Origin: Acidimicrobiia bacterium
Lineage (GTDB): Bacteria > Actinomycetota > Acidimicrobiia > Acidimicrobiales > Bin134
Reading direction: 5' to 3'
Length of the DNA stretch: 62,613 nt
Assembly (NCBI GenBank): GCA_022821445.1
Contig: JAJEDQ010000130.1
Location: 1-62,613 of the forward strand
Each line of letters opens with the position of its first letter. The first letter of the stretch is position 1. Made by a program: the position numbers and the translations under genes. Under the pieces are notes generated by a model. The model did no database searches, was not told where the DNA came from, and saw only the letters and a program-made list of their open reading frames with translations. Below, one piece after another: positions 45,483 through 54,258 of this stretch.

Positions 45483-46586
45483 ATGGCTGAGCAAGACCCT
45501 TCAGTTGCGGCTTGGCGGGCGTATTGCCAGTCGATTGCCGACGCCGGGGAGATGGTGTTCGCGCCCGGGGCGCCCGATGATCCCGATGTGCGGGCGGAGG
45601 GAATCCGGGCGCTGAGCCGGTACATGGCCTTCGGACTGGAGCAGTGCCTGGAGCGGGCCGACCCGGCTCGCCCTGAGTTCGTGGATGTGCAGACCACCAT
45701 CCGCAAGTTCATGGGCGACAACCCCGACCAGACCTACTTCTCGGCTGCCGTGAGAGGCGACCGGTCGTATCGGATCAACGCCACCATGGCCGGCGCAGTG
45801 GCGGTGGAGATCGGGGTGTACGCCGGCAATTTCGGCAGTGACGGCGGTCGCCGGCTGGTGGACGCGGTGGAGGACACCACGCTGCGGGTGGATGCCGACG
45901 GCAGCTACGAGCTGCTGCTCACCCCCGATCCCGAGCCCGACAACCCCAACCAGCTCCGCCTCGATCCCGACTCCAGTTCGGTGCTCATCCGCACCTACTT
46001 CACCGACCTGGCGGTGCGGCTGGCCCATCCCCGCCCCACCATCGAGGCCATCCCACCGGCCGGAGGAGCCCCCATGCTCACCCCCGATCAGCTCAAGCGG
46101 GGGTTGGAGCTGGCCGCCCTGCACACCGCCGGATCATTCGGCTGGTGGGTCAATCACAAGCTGGAGAAGCTGAGCGGTACGCCCATCAACACTTTCCCGC
46201 CCCTGGTGGATGAGGGCGACATGCACACCCCGCAGAATGTGCGCTACCTATCCGGCGAATGGCGCCTGGCGCCCGACGAAGCGCTGCTGGTGGACTTCGA
46301 CCCGTCGGGCGGGGCCGACTACTGGGCGTGGGTGCTGTTGAACCACTGGGGCGAGACGGTGGACTGGCGTACCCGCACCACGGTCATCAACGGCGACCGT
46401 GCCGTGCGCCGCGACGACGGCTCCGTGCGGCTGGTGGTGGCCCACCAAGACCCCGGCCTGCCCAACTGGATGGACACCGCCGGCCACCCCGCCGGATCGC
46501 TAAGCCTCCGCTGGTTCCGCTCCTCCGCCCCGCTTCCCACCGCGGAAACCCAAGTAGTCCCCTTCACCCAACTCCCGAATTCCTGA
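45483..46586 (+). CDS. DUF1214-family protein
   Basis: GDNPDQTY, DADGSYELLL, VVAHQDPGLPNWMDTAGH..LRW; RBS GAGGAG. Confidence 0.75.
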   Translation: MAEQDPSVAAWRAYCQSIADAGEMVFAPGAPDDPDVRAEGIRALSRYMAFGLEQCLERADPARPEFVDVQTTIRKFMGDNPDQTYFSAAVRGDRSYRINATMAGAVAVEIGVYAGNFGSDGGRRLVDAVEDTTLRVDADGSYELLLTPDPEPDNPNQLRLDPDSSSVLIRTYFTDLAVRLAHPRPTIEAIPPAGGAPMLTPDQLKRGLELAALHTAGSFGWWVNHKLEKLSGTPINTFPPLVDEGDMHTPQNVRYLSGEWRLAPDEALLVDFDPSGGADYWAWVLLNHWGETVDWRTRTTVINGDRAVRRDDGSVRLVVAHQDPGLPNWMDTAGHPAGSLSLRWFRSSAPLPTAETQVVPFTQLPNS

Positions 46587-46773
46587 CCCTGCCTTCGAGC
46601 CAACCCATCTCGTCTTCAGTGAGTCGACCCCTCAGTTCAGCTCCGATCTCGTCTTGCCGTAGTCGCCGAACCGCCAGCGCAATCGTGTCACCCACTGTTG
46701 TGCCGAGAGATGCCGCGAGCCTCTTCAATTCCTGATGAGTCGCCATATCGATATGCACAATGGCGCTTTGCAT
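46564..46773 (-). CDS. Orphan RHH-type antitoxin-like protein (no toxin)
   Basis: VHIDMATHQELKRLAASLGTTVGDTIALAVRRL pattern; tail overlaps the convergent DUF1214 gene. Confidence 0.5.
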   Translation of the reverse strand: MQSAIVHIDMATHQELKRLAASLGTTVGDTIALAVRRLRQDEIGAELRGRLTEDEMGWLEGRVRNSGVG

Positions 46774-46807
46774 GTATTCATGTTTCCAGATTTGTATACA
46801 TTCGCAA

Positions 46808-46927
46808 TCACTGCGTTGCCGCTGCATCCAGCACCGCCGCGCTCATGGTGCAATTCCGCTCAAGAGCGTGCTGGCGCAACCGCTCGTGAAGAACATCAGG
46901 CATGTTCCGAACCTGAAGATTGGCCAC
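46808..46927 (-). pseudogene. Truncated second copy of the FitA-like antitoxin (39 aa, RHH only)
   Basis: 46824-46927 matches 45227-45330 with 4 synonymous changes plus ATG to GTG; ends ...VLDAAATQ*. Confidence 0.85.
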
Positions 46928-47010
46928 AGCATGATTTTGGCATGAGATATTCATGCATCTTCGTAGCTGTTCGCTTATTGGACATAATGTCTACTTGGTA
47001 GACTAATGGC

Positions 47011-47175
47011 GTGCAGATAACGCTGGAGCTCGACGAAGCAGAGCTTGCCCATACCCTGGAGGCGCTCGGTGGTGTTGTCGAGATCCTTGAACGCCGGAGC
47101 GATGAACTGGTTGCGGCCATCATCCTCCGCGACGTGACCGCCAAAATCTTGCGAGCAATTGAGGAGTCAAGATGA
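47011..47175 (+). CDS. Small hypothetical protein (54 aa), possibly leaderless
   Basis: VQITLELDEAELAHTLEALGGVVEILERRSDELVAAIILRDVTAKILRAIEESR*; ATGA-coupled to the next ORF; TAGACT 6 nt upstream. Not in the ORF track. Confidence 0.5.
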   Translation: MQITLELDEAELAHTLEALGGVVEILERRSDELVAAIILRDVTAKILRAIEESR

Positions 47176-47399
47176 GCACTGTGAAATCACGCTGGGACCT
47201 CTCCGAGGTAGAGGTTTCCAAGAGCGCTGAGGATGCGGCATTGAAAGTCGTCCAACGCCTGACCCGCCAAAAGGAAGACCTTGCGTTGCAGTGGGCCACT
47301 GCGATCCGCCTCGCCCAAGCGAACGGAGCGTCGCTGCGCGACATCGCTGCCGTTGCCGATGCCTCCCCTCAGACTATCGCCAAGATCTGCAAGGGATAA
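47172..47399 (+). CDS. Small helix-turn-helix protein
   Basis: AIRLAQANGASLRDIAAVADASPQTIAKI; RBS GAGGAG. Confidence 0.65.
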   Translation: MSTVKSRWDLSEVEVSKSAEDAALKVVQRLTRQKEDLALQWATAIRLAQANGASLRDIAAVADASPQTIAKICKG

Positions 47400-47470
47400 T
47401 GGAGCCGCGTCGCCCAAGCCTGTGAAGGCCCCGTCGAAGTCCGCCCCCTGCAAGGCGAGTAGTAGATGCC

Positions 47471-47848
47471 TTAGCCTTTGTCTCCGAGCGGAAGGTGCCT
47501 GACCCTTATGCGGTCGTCAGTTATCACCAAGATGGCACCTTGGTCTAGATCCTCGGTGACGTCTTCTAGGTGGCGCAAGATGACAGCGGCCTGCTGTTCA
47601 GCGCGGGGCATACTACGAGCTCGAAACAAGATTACTGACGGCAAAGTGGCTCTTAGAACGGCCAGCAGCGCCCCGAAGTCGGTGTCGCCCGAAACCACTA
47701 TGCGTCCTTCTTCGGCAGCCAGCAAGAGCAGTTCGCGATCCTCCGCACGCTCTAGCCCTAGTTCGGAAGTATGCACTGCATCGTGACCGGAGTCGCGGAG
47801 CAACTCCGCTAAGTGGGGTGATCGGTTGTGATCGATCAGGAACTTCAC
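47471..47848 (-). CDS. DUF5615 PIN-like toxin (VapC45-like)
   Basis: MKFLIDHN, GHDAVH, SGDTDFG, PSVILFR. Confidence 0.85.
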   Translation of the reverse strand: MKFLIDHNRSPHLAELLRDSGHDAVHTSELGLERAEDRELLLLAAEEGRIVVSGDTDFGALLAVLRATLPSVILFRARSMPRAEQQAAVILRHLEDVTEDLDQGAILVITDDRIRVRHLPLGDKG

Positions 47849-48069
47849 GCCGTGGGTTGCAGCAGAATCTCACGATCAGAGACGGTGTCCGCAGCGAACC
47901 GAAGTGCCGCAGCCACGTCTTCGAGCTCGAGAGGGGGCAGTTCGGCAATGACCTCGTCGGGGGTCATTCCATTGGCGATCATGTTGACCACGGTCGCCAC
48001 CGGAATTCGCATGCCCCTTACACAAGGTACTCCCCCCATTTGATTGGGATTCACGGTAATCCGGTTCAC
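47845..48069 (-). CDS. DUF433 antitoxin (VapB45-like)
   Basis: RITVNPNQMGGVPCVRGMRIPV..LELEDVAAALRFAA. Confidence 0.9.
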   Translation of the reverse strand: MNRITVNPNQMGGVPCVRGMRIPVATVVNMIANGMTPDEVIAELPPLELEDVAAALRFAADTVSDREILLQPTA

Positions 48070-48135
48070 AGTTTCAGCGTACCCCTAAACCGAGTCGCCC
48101 CGGTTCTCAGTTTTGGAATCCACCGGCCCAGCTTG

Positions 48136-50457
48136 TCAGCCGAGGGCTTGGCCGATTTGTCGCAGGACTTCTAGGTGGAGGAAGGGGGCGTCGGGGGCTA
48201 TGGGGCCGGGGGTGAAGGTGGCGGAGCGGAGGGTTCCGGTGTAGGGGAACGGGCCTTGGCGCTGGTAGAGGTCCCAGGAGACCGGTGAGGCCCGGTCGAT
48301 GCCGATGTCGATGCCGTGGGCGGGTGCGATCACAGCTAGGGCGACGAGATCGTCGCGCTGGGCCGCTACGTTGCCGTCGACTTCGACGGTGACAGTCCAG
48401 CGCCAGCCCTCCGTCGCGGTGACGGCGAGGCGGACGCTTTCAGTGCCGTCGGGCATGGGGCCGGCGTCGACGCGCGTCATCTGGCCGTAGCCGTTGTGCT
48501 CGAAGCGGAGCTCGCCGTTTTCCACGTAGAGGATGTAGCCGCCGCCTTGGTCGCCGTGGCTCAACAGCACGCCCTCATCGCCGTCGGCGTGGGCCATGTC
48601 GAGGGTCGCCTCGAAGCTGCGCAGGCGGGTGAGCAGGCGGGCGAACGCGCCGTCGAGCGAGCCCGCCTCGCGGTAGACGGTGAGCGGCTGGGCGATCTCG
48701 TCCTCGCGGGGCGACCGCTGCAAGAAGATGAACCCGAGGCCCTCGTCCAGCGGGTACACGTTGTTGGCCCAGGCGGCGCGCCCCCAGCCTTCGGCCATCT
48801 CCTTGACCCGCTCCGGTTGGTCGGGCGCGAGATCGCGCATCTGAGTCGGGTCGCCGTGCAGGTCGAAGAGCTGCCACTCGTGGTCGCCGAAGGGGGTGCG
48901 CGGCTCGTGGTAGGTGAGGAGGTCGAATCCGTCGGAGTAGAAGCCGCGATGGCCCATGATCTGGTAGTACTGCGACTCGTGCTCGACCGGCGCCTCCGGG
49001 TCGGCGAGCGACGCCGCGAAGCTCACGCCGTTCATGGGGAGCAAGTTGATCCCGTGGCGCTGGTCGGGCCGCTCGATGCCGACCAGCTCCAAGAGCGTCG
49101 GCATCAGATCGGTGCCGTGGGCGTACTGGCGGCGCAGCTGCCCGGCCTTATCGGCGAGGAGTGCGGGCCAGGAGATGATCAGCGGGCTGCGGACTCCGCC
49201 GGCAAACGTGGTGCCCTTGTAGAGGCGGAACGGCGTCGACGACGCCATCGCCCAGCCTGTCGGATAGTGGCTCAGCGCCTGCGGGCCGCCGATGAGGTGG
49301 CGCCGGGCCCAGTCCTTCTCGAAGCGGGCCGCCTCGCTGGCCTCGTCAGGCTGGCCCCGCATGATCTCGGTGAGCAGGTCTAGATACGACGTGGTGCCCT
49401 GGTCGCCCCCCTCCTTGGATGCGCCGTTGTCCGACGCGAACACGATGATCGTGCTGTCGATCTCACCCATCTCCTCCAGCGACTCCAAGAGGCGCCCCAG
49501 GTTCTGGTCGAGGTTGTCGACCATCCCCGCGTAGCACTCCATGTAGCGCTGGTAGATCTCCTGGCGCCGCTCGTCGAGCTCGGCCCAGGCTCCCACGTCG
49601 GAACCGGCCTCAGAGTTGCGGGGCGGCAACTCGGTGTCGGCGTCGAACAGGCCTAGGGCCTTTTGCCGCTCGAAGCGCTCCTCGCGCACCGCGTCCCAGC
49701 CCGCCTCGTAGCGCCCCCGGTACTTGGCCATGTCAGCCGCCGGGGCCTGAAGCGGGGCGTGCGGGGCCGAGTGGGAGAAGTACAAGAAGAACGGCTGGGT
49801 GGGGTCGGCCGACTTCGTCTCGCGGATCATCTCGATGGCGTGGTCGGTGAGGTCGTCGGCGTAGAAGTAGTCGTCGGGGAACCGGTCCACGTGGCGCACG
49901 TGGTTGTCGACGTAGATCTCGTCGGGCTGAAACGAACTGAGCACGTTCGACATGCTGCCGTACCAGCGGTCGAACCCCCGCTGGAGCGGCCACCCGTGTC
50001 GGGGGCCGATGGCCGAATGGTCGGTCTCTTTCACCAGGTGCCACTTGCCCACCATCAGCGTCGTGTAGTGGCGGTCTCTCAATACCTCCGCGATGGTCAT
50101 CACCTCGGCGGAGAGCTCCATGGAGTAGCCCGGAAATCCGGGGTCGTTGAGCACGAACCCAACACCGGCGGCATGCGCATTCACCCCGGTGAGCAGCGAC
50201 GCCCTGCTCGGCGAGCAGACCGGGTTGACGTGGAAGTTCGTGTAGCGCAGGCCGCTGTCGGCCAGGCGGTCGATGTTGGGCGTGTCGATCTCGCCCCCAA
50301 AGCACCCCGGATCAGACCACCCCATATCGTCTGCCAGCACGAAAACGATGTTGGGCGACCCCGCTGGTGCCCGGTTCGCCGTGGGCCACCACGGCGTGGA
50401 GTGCGCGAACGTCGTCGCAATCTCGCCCTCGAACGGAGGAGTCGGACCCTGAGTCAT
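48136..50457 (-). CDS. Arylsulfatase (AtsA/AtsB-type with C-terminal LamG-like domain)
   Basis: PNIVFVLADDMG, CSPSRASLLTG, GKWHL, SDNGAS; start MTQGPTPPFEG. Confidence 0.93.
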   Translation of the reverse strand: MTQGPTPPFEGEIATTFAHSTPWWPTANRAPAGSPNIVFVLADDMGWSDPGCFGGEIDTPNIDRLADSGLRYTNFHVNPVCSPSRASLLTGVNAHAAGVGFVLNDPGFPGYSMELSAEVMTIAEVLRDRHYTTLMVGKWHLVKETDHSAIGPRHGWPLQRGFDRWYGSMSNVLSSFQPDEIYVDNHVRHVDRFPDDYFYADDLTDHAIEMIRETKSADPTQPFFLYFSHSAPHAPLQAPAADMAKYRGRYEAGWDAVREERFERQKALGLFDADTELPPRNSEAGSDVGAWAELDERRQEIYQRYMECYAGMVDNLDQNLGRLLESLEEMGEIDSTIIVFASDNGASKEGGDQGTTSYLDLLTEIMRGQPDEASEAARFEKDWARRHLIGGPQALSHYPTGWAMASSTPFRLYKGTTFAGGVRSPLIISWPALLADKAGQLRRQYAHGTDLMPTLLELVGIERPDQRHGINLLPMNGVSFAASLADPEAPVEHESQYYQIMGHRGFYSDGFDLLTYHEPRTPFGDHEWQLFDLHGDPTQMRDLAPDQPERVKEMAEGWGRAAWANNVYPLDEGLGFIFLQRSPREDEIAQPLTVYREAGSLDGAFARLLTRLRSFEATLDMAHADGDEGVLLSHGDQGGGYILYVENGELRFEHNGYGQMTRVDAGPMPDGTESVRLAVTATEGWRWTVTVEVDGNVAAQRDDLVALAVIAPAHGIDIGIDRASPVSWDLYQRQGPFPYTGTLRSATFTPGPIAPDAPFLHLEVLRQIGQALG

Positions 50458-50641
50458 GCAAGCAACATAGTTGCGCGCCTCACCCTTGGGCTCGCTGCTG
50501 ATGCCGGCGGCTCCGGCGATGCCAAGGCCTCCCAAGCCCCATCGCTTGTGACAACAACCGACGAGGTGGAGGGTTCCGGTTGCGGTGTATGGGTAGCCTC
50601 GTCAGCATGGTCGTGACCCCCGATGAGCAAAGACGCGTTCT

Positions 50642-51115
50642 GTGACCATCGCTGAATCCGAGTTGGCGGCGGCTCGAAGTGCTTGGGGGGTCGGCCTGGT
50701 CTCGATTGCTCAGGCCTATGAAGCAGACGGGATCGACGGTGCCCGTGGGGTGGCCGCTCGCGTTCTGGATGACATCTATGGGTACGACATGGGGCCGGTG
50801 CTGTTCAAGCCGACCATGGCCAGTGGCGAGCAGACGTTCCGGCCCACCAAACGGGGAGCGCTGTCCTACTTTGTGGGCCACGACCCGGAGTTTCCTCTCG
50901 ACAGCGGGTTCGGGCTCAAGGGCTGGCGAGACGTCAAGTCAGAAACCGCGGCAAGCTTCGTCGAGGGCCACGTAGCCATGTGGATGGGGTGGGTAACGAT
51001 GGCCGACAAGGACGGTCAAGTCACCAAGGTCGACAAGAGCTTCGGCTACAAGAAGGATGCCGACGGCGTGCTGCGCATCGTGCTCCATCACTCGTCGCTG
51101 CCCTACCAGCCGTGA
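50642..51115 (+). CDS. Iota-class carbonic anhydrase (COG4875, NTF2-like fold), no signal peptide
   Basis: VLFKPT, GALSYFVG, DSGF and C-terminal LRIVLHHSSLPY motif. Confidence 0.75.
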   Translation: MTIAESELAAARSAWGVGLVSIAQAYEADGIDGARGVAARVLDDIYGYDMGPVLFKPTMASGEQTFRPTKRGALSYFVGHDPEFPLDSGFGLKGWRDVKSETAASFVEGHVAMWMGWVTMADKDGQVTKVDKSFGYKKDADGVLRIVLHHSSLPYQP

Positions 51116-51132
51116 GGCCGAGACCCCGCGAT

Positions 51133-52788
51133 TCAGACGGTCGCTGAGTTACCGGCCGGTTGGAAGACGAAGCCCTTGTAGCCGTTGGCGGCGATTTCTT
51201 CGCAGATCTCGCGGTAGGTGTGGGTGCCGCCGAGGTAGAAGGTGACCCCTCGGGGCTTGCCCTCGATGTTGGCGCCGGTCCACCAGGAGTCGGTCTTGCC
51301 GACGATGGTCTGGGCCGCGATCTCGTGGACTTGCCGGGTCCATTCGGCCTCGGCCTCGGGATCGGAGTCGATGCGGTCGAGATTGTTTTCGAGCATGTGG
51401 GCCAGGCAGTCGGTGATCCAGTCGACGTGCTGTTCGATGGAGAAGATCACGTTGCTGAACACCGCGGGGCTGCCCGGACCCGTGATCATGAACAGGTTGG
51501 GAAATCCCGACGCCACCAGGCCGAGATAGGTGCCAGCCCCATCAGACCATTTGGCCCGGAGCGGCAATCCGCCGACTCCCTGGATGTCCATGGCCAAAAG
51601 GGCACCGGTCATGCCGTCGAATCCAGTGGCATAGACGATCAGGTCGAGGTCGTAGGAGTCCTCGGTGGTCCGCAAACCCCGAGGTGTGATCTCCTCAATT
51701 GGGGCGGCTGCCACATCCACCAGGGTCACGTTGGGACGGTTGTAAGTCTCGAAGTAGTCGATTTCCACGATCAGCCGCCGGGCGCCGAGGGGGTGGTCGA
51801 TGGCCAGGAGGCTCTCGGCCACCGCCGAGTCTTCGACTTTCTCCCTGATCTTGTCCTGAACGAACTCCGACGTGAGCTGGTTCGAATCGGCGTTGGTCAT
51901 CACGTCGTCGAAGGTTCGGGCGAAGCCCGGCCCCCCGAGCGCCCACGAGTCCTCCAGGATCCTCGTCCGGGTGGCCTCGTCCACCTCCAGGGCCGACGAG
52001 ACCTCGGGAGGCCGGCGCCCCATCCCCACCGGACTCGCCTTCTTGAGCTCCCACCGCTCGCGATAGTTGTGCTTCAGCTCCTCAAGCGCGTCGTCGTCGA
52101 TTGGCCGATTGCGGGCCGGGATGGCGAACTGCGGGGTGCGCTGGAACACGAACAGGTGCTCGGCCTGTTTGGCCAGCTGCGGGATCGCCTGCACGCCAGT
52201 GGAACCGGTGCCGATCACCCCGACCCGCATGCCGGTCACGTTGATGCCGCCCTTCGGCCAGCGGGCAGTGTGGATCTGCTGGCCCTCGAACGTCTCGGCC
52301 CCCTCGAACCGGGGCGTGTTCACCTCCGACAAGCAGCCCGCGGCCGACACCACAAACCGGGCCGACACCGTGACGTCACTGGACGTGCGGATGATCCAGC
52401 GGTTCCGGTCGTCGTCGAAGCGGGCCTGATCCACCCGGGTGTCGAACTCGATGTCCCGGCGCAGGTCGAAGCGGTCGGCGACGTGGTTGAAGTAGCGCTC
52501 TAGCTCCGGCTGGGTGGGAAACCGCTCGGTCCACTCCCACTCCTGCTCAAGTTCTTCGGAGAACGTATAGCAGTAGTCCCAGCTCTCCACATCGCACCGG
52601 GCACCGGGGTACCGGTTCCAGAACCAGGTTCCGCCGACCCCGTCGCCTTTCTCGAAGACCCTGGCCGACAAGCCGAGCCCACGCATCCGATGGAGGGCGT
52701 ACAGCCCCGCGGCACCGGCGCCGATGATGACGACGTCGAATTCCTGCGGGGTCGTTGGATCTTCGATAAGGCAAGCATCGCGGATCAC
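51133..52788 (-). CDS. Baeyer-Villiger monooxygenase (PAMO/CHMO-like)
   Basis: GGTWFWNRYPGARCD, FEGQQIHTARWP fingerprint, GTGSTG, ATGFD. Confidence 0.95.
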   Translation of the reverse strand: MIRDACLIEDPTTPQEFDVVIIGAGAAGLYALHRMRGLGLSARVFEKGDGVGGTWFWNRYPGARCDVESWDYCYTFSEELEQEWEWTERFPTQPELERYFNHVADRFDLRRDIEFDTRVDQARFDDDRNRWIIRTSSDVTVSARFVVSAAGCLSEVNTPRFEGAETFEGQQIHTARWPKGGINVTGMRVGVIGTGSTGVQAIPQLAKQAEHLFVFQRTPQFAIPARNRPIDDDALEELKHNYRERWELKKASPVGMGRRPPEVSSALEVDEATRTRILEDSWALGGPGFARTFDDVMTNADSNQLTSEFVQDKIREKVEDSAVAESLLAIDHPLGARRLIVEIDYFETYNRPNVTLVDVAAAPIEEITPRGLRTTEDSYDLDLIVYATGFDGMTGALLAMDIQGVGGLPLRAKWSDGAGTYLGLVASGFPNLFMITGPGSPAVFSNVIFSIEQHVDWITDCLAHMLENNLDRIDSDPEAEAEWTRQVHEIAAQTIVGKTDSWWTGANIEGKPRGVTFYLGGTHTYREICEEIAANGYKGFVFQPAGNSATV

Positions 52789-52900
52789 TCTCTCCCTGCG
52801 GAAGTAGTAGCCGGGTTATGGGTGACGCACTTGAACCGAGACCCCCGTCAGGGGTGGCGGGAGTAGGCTGAGAGCGTTGTCAATCGGGAAGGGGGCGGAT

Positions 52901-53716
52901 ATGAGCGACGAAGAAGACGTCGGAATGCTGGGCTCACTCGAGATCCCCTCCACCAATCGGCTCCTCGTCAGACTCAGCGGGCTGGTCATGGCGATTTCCA
53001 CGCTGTTCAGCTGGTTGGTGGGAGGGCCGGACAGCTTCCCCAACATTGCCGGTGTCGGGCAGTCAACGTTTGGCGTCGGCCTCGCGGTATTTCTTGTGGG
53101 GTTGCTGCTCTTGCTGAAGCGGATGTCCGTTGGGGTCACCCTGGGTGCAGCCTTGGGTGCACTTGGAATCACACTGATCTTTGTCTCGCTCATGAGGCCG
53201 AACGACATAGAGTTCGGAGTTGGGGTTTGGATCGGGATGGGTGCGTCAGCCGCCGCCGTGTTGGGGGCGCTAATGCTGGCATTCGAATCAGACGACGAAC
53301 CCATTTTGGAGGCTCAGCCCATGCCGCTTGCGCTGGGAGCGGCCCTCGCCGTCGTGGCCTCGTTCTGGCTTGACTGGTCCAGCTTTGCCTATTTCAGCCC
53401 CCACATCGGCTTTACTGATTCTGGTCCCCGCAACGGGCTGGAAGAAGACCTGCTCTTCGGCTATCCGATTCTCATTGCGGGCGTGATTGCCTTGGTGGTC
53501 GCAGTTGAATTGATGACGAATCCACCCCAGATTCAAGAGCGAAGACATCAGATCCTCCTTCTGGTGGCGCGGGTAGCAGGCGTCATTGCCATTGTGACTG
53601 CTGGCTCGAATGTGTTGGCCATGTCGGTGCTGGGTTTCACCGCTGTATTCAGTTCCGGTCCGCTGGTGGCCCTGGCCGGAGGGGTCATTGTGACCCGCTC
53701 GATACGACACACCTGA
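52901..53716 (+). CDS. Polytopic membrane protein, unknown function
   Basis: About 8 hydrophobic segments in two similar halves (LFSW versus WLDW). Confidence 0.65.
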   Translation: MSDEEDVGMLGSLEIPSTNRLLVRLSGLVMAISTLFSWLVGGPDSFPNIAGVGQSTFGVGLAVFLVGLLLLLKRMSVGVTLGAALGALGITLIFVSLMRPNDIEFGVGVWIGMGASAAAVLGALMLAFESDDEPILEAQPMPLALGAALAVVASFWLDWSSFAYFSPHIGFTDSGPRNGLEEDLLFGYPILIAGVIALVVAVELMTNPPQIQERRHQILLLVARVAGVIAIVTAGSNVLAMSVLGFTAVFSSGPLVALAGGVIVTRSIRHT

Positions 53717-53772
53717 TCGCGCCAATCCAGTGGCAACCAGGGCCAAGGCGCCGGGTACACTGGCTGCTGCCC

Positions 53773-53850
53773 GCGCTTGTAGCTCAGTTGGATTAGAGCG
53801 TCTGACTACGGATCAGAAGGCCGGGGGTTCGAGTCCCTCCAAGCGCGCCA
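53773..53850 (+). tRNA. tRNA-Arg(ACG) with encoded CCA
   Basis: GCGCTTG/CAAGCGC stem, anticodon loop CTACGGA, GGTTCGAGTCC. Confidence 0.97.
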
Positions 53851-53922
53851 CGCAGACCGAAGCAGCAGCCGGCCTCAAATGCTTTGCCTCGCAAATGCCG
53901 CATGCCCCGAATCGGGGGCCGG

Positions 53923-54258
53923 TCACAGTCGGGGCTCGGCCACCATGGTGAGGTCGGCGGCGCCGCTGTCGGGCACTCTCGGCTGGCGCCAGACCTCCAC
54001 CGGCAGCGATGCCTCGCACAGTGAGAACAGCAAGAACATCAGGTTTCGCACCTCGTCGGGCAGATCGGCCAGGTCATGGCGGTCGCAGTAGGAGAGGATC
54101 TCTTCGAATCGCGGAGTGATGGCGTCATAGAGGGCCTGCATCTCATCGACCGTCGACGCCAAGCGTTTTTCGTACCGCTCCCGCCACGTTTCGAGGGCCC
54201 AGTCTTCGAACTGGGCCAAGTCTGCGAACTCCTCGGGCAGAGCCAAGGGGGCGCTCAT
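53923..54258 (-). CDS. Small helical hypothetical protein (111 aa) coupled to the Rieske gene
   Basis: LPEEFADLAQFEDWAL..ERYEKRLAST..MQALYDA; ATGA overlap. Confidence 0.75.
   Translation of the reverse strand: MSAPLALPEEFADLAQFEDWALETWRERYEKRLASTVDEMQALYDAITPRFEEILSYCDRHDLADLPDEVRNLMFLLFSLCEASLPVEVWRQPRVPDSGAADLTMVAEPRL

Noticed and set aside
50642-51115. Phosphoribosyl-AMP cyclohydrolase (HisI) label for this family
   Set aside because: No HisI DCD or Cys-rich zinc motif; the HHSS motif fits iota-CA better.
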